Source: Ignicoccus hospitalis KIN4/I (GTDB lineage Archaea > Thermoproteota > Thermoprotei_A > Sulfolobales > Ignicoccaceae). Taken from it: a DNA stretch of 32,000 nt. Under the pieces are notes generated by a model. That model saw nothing but the letters and a program-made list of their open reading frames with translations. It ran no database searches and was not told the DNA's origin. The number at the start of each line of letters is the position of its first letter. Position 1 is the stretch's first letter. Below are positions 25,291 through 32,000 of the stretch, in pieces. Position numbers and translations under genes: made by a program. The stretch lies in contig NC_009776.1 of NCBI RefSeq assembly GCF_000017945.1, positions 90,001-122,000 of the forward strand, written 5' to 3'.

Positions 25291-27726
25291 CTAGAAGTCT
25301 AGCAACTTCCTCCCCCGGAAGGCTAGGAACGCGTCGAGCGCGGTCTTGCTGACTCCCTTCCCTCCATCCTCGATGCCCCAGTAGTGCTTCAGCGCCTTTC
25401 GGGCGAACGACTTCAGTATCGCGGTCTGTTTCTTGAAGGGTATACCGGTCTCCTCCTCCACTTCCTCCCACTTCTTCGACTGTAGTACCTTCGTTATCAG
25501 CACTATTTTCATTTCTTCGTCCACCTCCGGCCTCCAAGCCTTAGGCTGCGACCAGTAGGCCAAGCTCAAGCGGTACAACAAGTCGCTCGCAGCTTCAAAC
25601 GTCATGGGTCCGTAGGCGTAGATCCACAGCCTGTCCAAGTCTACGGGGTGGAAGCGTGGGACCTTTAGGTCCGGTTGGACGGGCAAGGGGTCCGTTTCCA
25701 GTATGAGCTTGGCCACGTCCCACTCCAAGTCCCTATAGTTGAGGTGCAACGCCATCACCAGCCTCCTGCGGAACAGCCTATTAGCCTCCATTATCAAACT
25801 CCTCAGCTTCTCGTTGAGGGGCTTTGCCAACAGTATTGTAAACTCACCGCTGGAGGGGTTTCTGTCGGGGCTCATGTGAACGGGTATGAACCCGGACCTC
25901 AACCAGAACCTCAAGAGCTGGGCGGTGACCCCGAAGCCCGAGGCCACCCAGTCGTAGCCCCTCTCAGAGGCCTCTTCCGAGACCCTCTCCAGCCCGAAGG
26001 TGCCTATGCCCTTCCCTTGTACGTCCGGGTGGGTGGCTATCCTAACTACCCTCCAACCCTTCGTATATGCGAAGTCCCTAACCCTTAAGTGTTTCAAGAA
26101 CCTGTCGGGAATTATGTTCCCAGCTATCTTCCCTCCGGCTAGCAGCTCGTCTATCATGTCCTCGGGTATGGGCCCTTCCTCTGCTAAGTGAATTGCCCCT
26201 ACAACCTTGCCGGTGTCCGTAACCACCGCCCTCGGCGTGTGGTGCGGGGCGTCGGCGATCATAGCCAAGTCGTCGGGCTCGTTGCGGTAGTGGGCCAAGA
26301 CGTATATCCCGAAGAGCTGCCTTAGGACCCCCTCGCCCTCTTCGGAGAACAGCCACTCGGGGTCCAACTTTAAGTACTTCAGCCTCTTTTCCTTTATTGC
26401 CTTCAAGTCTTCCGAATCTAACTTGGCAGGCTCTGCGTCCAACAGCAAGGAGTCGTACAGCCACCTCTCCACGGGGTCTCCCGGCGCGTACCTTATCGGC
26501 TCCGTCATGTGGATCATTTTAAGTTCGGTCTTCTTGTCGTTCTTCAGCGCCGGCAAGAAGCGCACGTTGAAGCCCCTCCCGGCGCCCTCGTAACCGTGTA
26601 TCGTCGTAGCGAAGAGGCTCCTCTTGTGGTTCTTCCATATCTTGTGGAGGAGCGGGACGGGAATCCCGGCTGCTTCGTCTACCACGACCAAGTCTGCGCT
26701 CTTGACTGCGGCGTCGGCGGGGGGCCAGTACTCTATGCTCCACCCCTCTCCGTGGAGCTCGTAAACGTAGCCCTTCTTCTCGACCCTCTTAGCCTTTATG
26801 CCCAAGACGTTAGCCGCCTTCATAGCTAAGCTGAAGAGAGTCTGGACCCCTATGGGGTCCGCGCTCGTGACTATTACTTTTGCGAAACCTCCCTTAGACT
26901 TCTTAAAGGTCTCCACGAACCCGATGAGCCCTATGCCTACGGCCCCGCTCTTCCCCCTTCCCCTGTCCGCAGTGACCGTCAGAACCCTGTGACTCTTCTT
27001 CCTCCCCAACAGCCACTCTATCCCTTGAATGACGTTAACTTGGTCTTGAGTCAGCGCAAGCTCGTAGAGCTTCTTGGGGAAGCGCGTCTTTTCCGGTATT
27101 TCCGGTCTCTTGGGGACCCACTTGGGACTCTCGAACTTCTCCTGCTTAATTATTTCTTCCTTGTCGGCGTGGTATATGTGGGAAGGGTGGGCCAACAACT
27201 TCCTCTTGAACCAAGTTATGAACACGTGGCGTGGCTCTGGATACTGGGGTACGGTCAGCAACTTCTTGAACAGAGTTATTCGAGTGTCCCACTCTTCCCA
27301 CTTAGGGACTATCAGGATTACCGGGGCTCCCCCTTCCACCACTTCCACTAGCCTTCCTACATCGTTAGGCCTTAGGTCGTGAGTTAGGTCCAATACCAAG
27401 CCTTGGTACGTACTTCCCAAGAGCTTCTTGGATGCCTCGTATACGTTTATGCTTAGCTCTATGTTCTTTCTGTTTTCTTTTACTCCAGCCTTAACTATGT
27501 CCTTAATTTTCTTTGCGTCCTCGAACTCATCGTGAAACATGTAAAGCACCGTTCCTTTTTCCATGTCGCGCCTGTACCTTATCCTGTCGTAGAGCAACAA
27601 GACTTCCTTAACTGCCTCTCCGACCTTTGAAGGGTCGTCCCCGGAAATCACCACTAACCTCCTGTGCTTCCCTTCTACGGCGTTGTCGAGGTCGTCTTCG
27701 AGTTCCCTTAAGAACTGCTTCAACAT
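25291..27726 (-). CDS. tmcA: tRNA(Met) cytidine acetyltransferase (Kre33/NAT10-type helicase + GNAT)
   Basis: VTADRGRGKSGAVGIGLIGF, LVVVDEAAGIPVPLLHKIWKNHKRSLFATTIHGYEGAGRGFNVRFLP, RIATHPDVQGKGIGTFGLERV. Internal ATG at 27726 preferred over 27792. Confidence 0.95.
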   Translation of the reverse strand: MLKQFLRELEDDLDNAVEGKHRRLVVISGDDPSKVGEAVKEVLLLYDRIRYRRDMEKGTVLYMFHDEFEDAKKIKDIVKAGVKENRKNIELSINVYEASKKLLGSTYQGLVLDLTHDLRPNDVGRLVEVVEGGAPVILIVPKWEEWDTRITLFKKLLTVPQYPEPRHVFITWFKRKLLAHPSHIYHADKEEIIKQEKFESPKWVPKRPEIPEKTRFPKKLYELALTQDQVNVIQGIEWLLGRKKSHRVLTVTADRGRGKSGAVGIGLIGFVETFKKSKGGFAKVIVTSADPIGVQTLFSLAMKAANVLGIKAKRVEKKGYVYELHGEGWSIEYWPPADAAVKSADLVVVDEAAGIPVPLLHKIWKNHKRSLFATTIHGYEGAGRGFNVRFLPALKNDKKTELKMIHMTEPIRYAPGDPVERWLYDSLLLDAEPAKLDSEDLKAIKEKRLKYLKLDPEWLFSEEGEGVLRQLFGIYVLAHYRNEPDDLAMIADAPHHTPRAVVTDTGKVVGAIHLAEEGPIPEDMIDELLAGGKIAGNIIPDRFLKHLRVRDFAYTKGWRVVRIATHPDVQGKGIGTFGLERVSEEASERGYDWVASGFGVTAQLLRFWLRSGFIPVHMSPDRNPSSGEFTILLAKPLNEKLRSLIMEANRLFRRRLVMALHLNYRDLEWDVAKLILETDPLPVQPDLKVPRFHPVDLDRLWIYAYGPMTFEAASDLLYRLSLAYWSQPKAWRPEVDEEMKIVLITKVLQSKKWEEVEEETGIPFKKQTAILKSFARKALKHYWGIEDGGKGVSKTALDAFLAFRGRKLLDF

Positions 27727-27774
27727 TAATTCGGCCCTTGGGACCCCGCGCGGTGGAAGGCTATTAGGAGGGTA

Positions 27775-28473
27775 GTGGACGCCCACGTCCACTTATACGA
27801 AGACCCCACGATGGCGGACGAGGAAACCATCCTAGTGGCGGTCTCAGACGACTTGGAGAGCTCTCTAAAGACCCTCTCGCTCAAGGGAGAGAACGTAGTC
27901 CCGTGCGTGGGCGTTCACCCGTGGAGCTCCCCCGAGGTGGGGGAGGAGGAACTGAAGGAGTTCGAGAAGCTCGTGGAAAGGGCTCTCTGTTTAGGCGAGA
28001 TAGGGCTGGACAAGCGTTACGTCCCGGACTTTGAGAAGCAGAGGAGGGTCTTCGAACACTTTCTAACGTTATCCAAGGAGTACTCCTTACCGGTGAACCT
28101 CCACGCTTTGGACGCTTGGGAAGAAGTCTTCAACATGTTGCTGAGATATGACGTGGATAGGGCCTACTTCCACTGGTTCAACGGTCCCCTCCACCTCTTA
28201 GACGAGATAGTCTCTCAAGGCTATTACGTGGGCATAAACGCGGCGGCCAAAATACAGAAGAAACACTTAAGGGTGATAGAGAGGGCTCCGCTGACCTCTA
28301 TCATGACCGAGAGCGACGGACCTTACGTCTACAGAGGGGTCAAGCTAACTCCCAAGGCCGTTCCGGAGCTGATAGGAATTATTGCAAAGGTCAAGAAAGT
28401 GAGCGAGGAAGCGGTCGCTGAAGCCGTCTTGCGGAACTTCAAGCGCTGGTCCGGCGCCCTCGCCCAAGGCTGA
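27775..28473 (+). CDS. TatD family hydrolase (DNase-like)
   Basis: MDAHVHLYEDP, VGVHPWSSPEV, LCLGEIGLDKRY, VNLHALDAWEE, TESDGPYVYRG; GTG start. Confidence 0.9.
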   Translation: MDAHVHLYEDPTMADEETILVAVSDDLESSLKTLSLKGENVVPCVGVHPWSSPEVGEEELKEFEKLVERALCLGEIGLDKRYVPDFEKQRRVFEHFLTLSKEYSLPVNLHALDAWEEVFNMLLRYDVDRAYFHWFNGPLHLLDEIVSQGYYVGINAAAKIQKKHLRVIERAPLTSIMTESDGPYVYRGVKLTPKAVPELIGIIAKVKKVSEEAVAEAVLRNFKRWSGALAQG

Positions 28474-28585
28474 ACTCTTCACCGGTCAGCTCGGGGGAGC
28501 GCTCATCGGACAGAGGGTTCCCACAGATCAAACAGAAATTGAATTCATCTCTGTACTTGAGCCCGCAGAGCCTGCAGACCTTCAT
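28439..28585 (-). CDS. Small zinc-ribbon protein, 48 aa (below ORF-track length cutoff)
   Basis: MKVCRLCGLKYRDEFNFCLICGNPLSDERSPELTGEEFSLGRGRRTSA; paired CxxCG motifs; ATG at 28583-28585, TGA at 28439-28441. Confidence 0.6.
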   Translation of the reverse strand: MKVCRLCGLKYRDEFNFCLICGNPLSDERSPELTGEEFSLGRGRRTSA

Positions 28586-29135
28586 CCAGCTCACCCAGTA
28601 CCTTCACTAAGGCTTTTCCGAACTCCTCGTCCTCCTCAAGCACTTTCTTTATAATTCCGCTTAAGTGCTCCACCATGGTGTCCCTTATTTCTTTAACTCT
28701 GGAGAAGCCCATGTTCAAGTACTTTTCGGCTTGCCATAGAGTGGCGAGGGTTTCACTGACCTTTGCCAAAGCCCGCTCGCGACCACGTTCGTCTATGTAA
28801 GCCTTCGAGTACTCGACGACCTCTAACGAGTCCATCTCCCCTATGGCCTTGAGCTCCAAGCTCTCCTTTATGTCACCTATCTTGTCGGTAGTCCACTTCG
28901 GCAAGTCCCCTACTAGCACTTCTGGTAAGTCGTGCGCGATCGCTATGGAGGCCGCCCTCTCCGGGTTGACCTCCACCCCCACGTTCTTTAACCTCAACCC
29001 CAGCTCCAGCGCTATCAGAGCGGCATAGAAGGAGTGGAGGGCGACGGTCTCCCCCAGCTGAGGGGGCACCCCCCTCTGCATCCACCCCGTCCTAACTAAG
29101 GAGGCGGCCGCCTCTAAAACGTCCTTTAACTTCAT
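28545..29135 (-). CDS. HD domain hydrolase (YfbR/HDDC2-like)
   Basis: VALHSFYAALIALELG, AASIAIAHDLPEVLVGDLPKWTTDK; YSKAYIDERG. Confidence 0.85.
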   Translation of the reverse strand: MKLKDVLEAAASLVRTGWMQRGVPPQLGETVALHSFYAALIALELGLRLKNVGVEVNPERAASIAIAHDLPEVLVGDLPKWTTDKIGDIKESLELKAIGEMDSLEVVEYSKAYIDERGRERALAKVSETLATLWQAEKYLNMGFSRVKEIRDTMVEHLSGIIKKVLEEDEEFGKALVKVLGELDEGLQALRAQVQR

Positions 29136-29156
29136 GACGGTCCAATCCCCTAAGGT

Positions 29157-30410
29157 TTAGTAGTTTCTCATGCTCCTCTTGTAGACCCAATACACGTCCT
29201 CCTCAGTTACGGGCCTCGGGTTGGTCGCTAGGAGCCTCTTCTGGTTCAAGGTCTCCTTGGCCATTTCCATCAAGTCCTCTTCCTTGACCCCTACCGCCTC
29301 GAGGCCCGGCGTGAACTTTATGTCGCGCTGGAGCTCCCTGATCGCGTTGGCCGCCCACTCCGCGCACTTAGCGGGGTCCCTCTCCGGACACTTCTCGCCG
29401 GTCAACAGCTCCCCGACCCTCTTGGCCTTCTCGTAGTTCGCCGGAGCGTTGAACTCCAAGACCGCCGGGAGTAAGATGCCTACTGCCTCGCCGTGGGTCA
29501 CCTTGTAGCGGCCCCCGAGCGGGTAAGAGGCGGCGTGGGCCAGTCCGACGCCCGCGTTGCCGAAGGCGAGGCCCGCCAAGTAGCTGGCTATCAACATGCC
29601 CGATCTAGCCTCTAAGTCCGTTCTACCTTGGTACACTGCCCTCCTCAAGTACTTACCTATGAGTTCTATCGCCCTTTCGGCCAACGCGTCCGTCACGGTG
29701 AAGGAGCCCACGTAGACCGGCCTCTTGGCCGGGTCCTCTGGCCTCTCCCTAGCCCAGTACGGCTTGGCTATGTAAGACTCTACCGCGTGCGTGAGGGCGT
29801 CCATCCCGGTGTCGGCGGTGACCTTGGGGGGCACAGTCATGGTCAGCTCGGGGTCCAACAGGGCCAAGCTGGGCCTTAGGAAGTCCGAGCTTATGCCCAC
29901 CTTAACTCCGACGTCCTTTAGGGTCACCACGGCCACGCTAGTGACTTCGCTGCCGGTGCCGGCGGTGGTGGGCACCGCTACCATTGGCTTGACCGGGCCC
30001 GGGACGGGCTTGCCTTCACCGTAGGGCGGGGCGACGTAGTCCCTAACCCTCCCGCCGTAGGTTGCGAGCAAGTTCGCTATCTTGGCGGTGTCCAAGGCAG
30101 AGCCCCCGCCAATGGCGATTACCGAGTCGGCCCCGCTCTCTGCTAAAGCCTTGGCGGCCTCCTCGACGCTCTCGGCGGAGGGCTCTGGCTCCACCCCGTC
30201 CCAGTAGGGCACGTCCTTTCCTAGTATTTCCCTAAGCCTGTCGACTATACCCCTCTTTACCCACCCCTTGGTGGTTATTAGGAAGGGCTTCTCCACCCTG
30301 AGCCTCTCAAGGTCTACCTTGAGCTCGTTTAGCGCCCCCGGCCCGAACTTGCTGCGGGGGGAGCGGAACTCCCAGACGTAGTCGCCGAAGGGGTTGTACA
30401 CCGTCGTCAC
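29157..30410 (-). CDS. Iron-containing alcohol dehydrogenase family protein
   Basis: VIAIGGGSALDTAKI, VAVPTTAGTGSEVTSVAVVT, GMDALTHAVESYIAK, GLAHAASYPLGGRYKVTHGEAVGILLPAVLEFN. Confidence 0.95.
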   Translation of the reverse strand: MTTVYNPFGDYVWEFRSPRSKFGPGALNELKVDLERLRVEKPFLITTKGWVKRGIVDRLREILGKDVPYWDGVEPEPSAESVEEAAKALAESGADSVIAIGGGSALDTAKIANLLATYGGRVRDYVAPPYGEGKPVPGPVKPMVAVPTTAGTGSEVTSVAVVTLKDVGVKVGISSDFLRPSLALLDPELTMTVPPKVTADTGMDALTHAVESYIAKPYWARERPEDPAKRPVYVGSFTVTDALAERAIELIGKYLRRAVYQGRTDLEARSGMLIASYLAGLAFGNAGVGLAHAASYPLGGRYKVTHGEAVGILLPAVLEFNAPANYEKAKRVGELLTGEKCPERDPAKCAEWAANAIRELQRDIKFTPGLEAVGVKEEDLMEMAKETLNQKRLLATNPRPVTEEDVYWVYKRSMRNY

Positions 30411-30479
30411 CGCGCCCGGGAGCTCACGACAAGTATTTAGTTTTTAAGGCAGAGAGCGCACTTGAGGCGCCGAAGGCTA

Positions 30480-31745
30480 ATGATGCGTATAGTTGTGAGG
30501 AGTAAGAAGGACGCGGACGCAGTAAGGGCGATGTTGAGCCAAGCCCTCCCCTCGTGGAACGCCGAGGTGGTCACGCTAAAGGGGGCTAGGAAGGAAAAGA
30601 TATTGGATGTTATAAATGACGTCGTCGATCCGGACGCGTTCAACATAGTGCTGTTGGGAAGGGAGGATTCGGAAGTGATAAGGGAATTAACAGAGACCAC
30701 GCCGCCTAACGTAATAGTACACCTCGTGCCCCGGGCCAGGGTTAGGAACGCGAGGCTCTCCCACCTTAGGTGGGAGCTGGAGAGGGCCAAGGCCCAGCCC
30801 AGGGGCTGGGTGCGGTGGTCGGGCGAAGTGCCTTACTTGGAGAAGAAGTTCCCCGCGAGGGTCGAGCCGGGCGAGGAACCGTTCCTCGCCTGGGGCCTCT
30901 GGTGGAAGACCTTGGGCCTCGGAGAACCATCCGAAAAATCGTTCTTAGTCTTTAAGAGGCAGAAGGGCTTCCACGAGGTCTATTCAGAAGGTAGAACTGT
31001 AGCCATGTTTGAAATGAATGATTTTGCGTACCCTAAGGTTACTAAGCTGGGAGAGGTTAAAGGCTTCGACATAATGAAGTCCGTCGAGATGAGCGAAGGC
31101 GTGTTGGAGGTTTGGGAAAAGGTCTCTTCCAAGGTATTAGAAGGCTGCGAGAGGGCGGTCGTCCCTTGGAGCGGCGGGAAGGACAGTACTGCAGCTCTGT
31201 TGATAGCGAAGAGGGCTTGCGACGAGGTCACTGCGGTCTACGTTGACACGGGCGTCGATATGTACTTAAATAGGAAGTACGTGGAACTCTGGTCCCAGAA
31301 GCTGAATGTAGACTTGATAATTAAAGAAGTTCCCGTGAAGAGTCAGATATTCCAAAGAGGGTTGCCCACCAAAGAGGACAGGTGGTGTACAGCCCTCAAG
31401 TTGAAGGGGTTAGAGGAGGCGATAAGGGAAGTGAAGCCCGACTACATAGTCGTGGGCGACCGGGACGCGGAGTCCCAAGCGCGCTCGGCCAGGTGGGAGG
31501 AGAGGGCTTGGGAGGGCGTGGGCACGGTTAAGGCCCCCTTAAAGCTCTGGAGCGCTATGATGGTCCAGCTTTACCTATTCAAGAATAAGGTCTTTCCCAA
31601 CCCGCTCTACGCCTCCGGCTTCTACCGGTTGGGCTGTTACGTATGCCCCTTCTTCCGGGCCTACGAGAGGGAGCTCGTGAGGAGGGTCCCTCCGGCCAAG
31701 CTGGGCACCGACGAGGAGTTGCTGAAGAAGTTCTTAGAAGGCTGA
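30480..31745 (+). CDS. PAPS reductase-like PP-loop ATPase family protein (archaeal type with N-terminal extension)
   Basis: VPWSGGKDSTAALLIAKRACDEVTAVYVDTG, DRWCTALKL, VVGDRDAESQARS, GCYVCPFFRAYE; ATG 30480 preferred over TTG 30462 given AT-rich promoter at about 30433-30446. Confidence 0.88.
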   Translation: MMRIVVRSKKDADAVRAMLSQALPSWNAEVVTLKGARKEKILDVINDVVDPDAFNIVLLGREDSEVIRELTETTPPNVIVHLVPRARVRNARLSHLRWELERAKAQPRGWVRWSGEVPYLEKKFPARVEPGEEPFLAWGLWWKTLGLGEPSEKSFLVFKRQKGFHEVYSEGRTVAMFEMNDFAYPKVTKLGEVKGFDIMKSVEMSEGVLEVWEKVSSKVLEGCERAVVPWSGGKDSTAALLIAKRACDEVTAVYVDTGVDMYLNRKYVELWSQKLNVDLIIKEVPVKSQIFQRGLPTKEDRWCTALKLKGLEEAIREVKPDYIVVGDRDAESQARSARWEERAWEGVGTVKAPLKLWSAMMVQLYLFKNKVFPNPLYASGFYRLGCYVCPFFRAYERELVRRVPPAKLGTDEELLKKFLEG

Positions 31746-31775
31746 GGGCTCGAACGTCAGCTTAGGTAAGGCGTT

Positions 31776-32000
31776 ATGATGTGCCGGTCAAAAGAGAACT
31801 TCTTTTTAGAATTTGAAAGGTTAATGGTCGAGAGCGCTAAGGACGAGGTAACTGCGGATTCTACAGTGGTAATGGGGATACTCGCCGAGGCCTCGAGGAA
31901 CTTGCTCGCCACCCCTTGCACCCCTAGGACTTCCGGCTTTTGGAGCAAGCTGACGGAGTTCGTCAAGAAGGCCAGAGAAACCAACGACTATTACCTCAAG
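31776..32000 (+). CDS. Hypothetical protein, 3'-truncated by window edge
   Basis: Open frame from tandem ATGs to the window end (MMCRSKENFFLEFERLMVESAKDEVTADSTVVMGILAEASRNLLATPCTPRTSGFWSKLTEFVKKARETNDYYLK); not listed in the ORF track. Confidence 0.6.
   Translation, partial: MMCRSKENFFLEFERLMVESAKDEVTADSTVVMGILAEASRNLLATPCTPRTSGFWSKLTEFVKKARETNDYYLK

Noticed and set aside
25675-27351. Multiple long ORFs (137, 128, 106, 120 aa) opposite or within tmcA
   Set aside because: They arise from GC-rich codon structure of a single large conserved gene on the minus strand.
27727-27792. N-terminal extension of TmcA in the ORF track (MDVGVHYPPNSLPPRGVPRAEL)
   Set aside because: It would overlap the divergent TatD gene start and lacks homology-like character; the ATG at 27726 is more plausible.
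31757-31984. 75-aa minus-strand ORF at the window end
   Set aside because: Opposite a frame open on the plus strand that follows the operon direction; its translation looks like the antisense of that frame.
1-32000. CRISPR arrays, insertion sequences, toxin-antitoxin or defence islands
   Set aside because: No regularly spaced direct repeats, no transposase-like products and no recognised defence genes were found.

Overview
This is a dense, essentially all-coding ~32 kb archaeal window. It is most consistent with a hyperthermophilic crenarchaeon, Desulfurococcales/Ignicoccus-like. That assignment is inference from the thermosome, an ESCRT-III/CdvB-type protein, DUF505, the tRNA splicing endonuclease, TmcA and TATA-type promoters. 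I recognise about 35 protein genes. They include a 5'-truncated thermosome subunit, DUF89, a glycosyltransferase, an HxlR-like regulator, an M24 peptidase, an ESCRT-III-like protein, a CCG-type Fe-S protein, S27e, ThiC, DUF763, PstB/PstA/PstC, an M50 peptidase, a MetRS-beta-like domain, an HDAC-family protein, an EndoIV-like protein and a ThiF/E1-like protein. They also include a multi-zinc protein, a metal ABC permease plus ATPase, EndA, a PhoU/DUF47-like protein, Lrp, a class-II GATase, a TusA-like protein, rhomboid, DUF505, TrmJ, MarC, TmcA, TatD, an HD protein, Fe-ADH and a PAPS-reductase-like PP-loop protein. No tRNA/rRNA, IS element or CRISPR was found. The observations most worth a second look are: (1) an overlapping pair encoding a minimal E1/ThiF-like adenylating enzyme lacking catalytic and zinc cysteines and a 16-ligand Cys/His zinc-finger protein, within a cluster of orphan genes; (2) an unannotated 43-codon leader ORF with a series of short hairpins directly before an Lrp regulator; (3) an EndoIV-fold protein that seems to have lost most metal ligands; (4) a standalone short ESCRT-III paralogue; (5) an unannotated 48-aa zinc-ribbon gene nested between two convergent genes. 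None of these is proven to be a new system.
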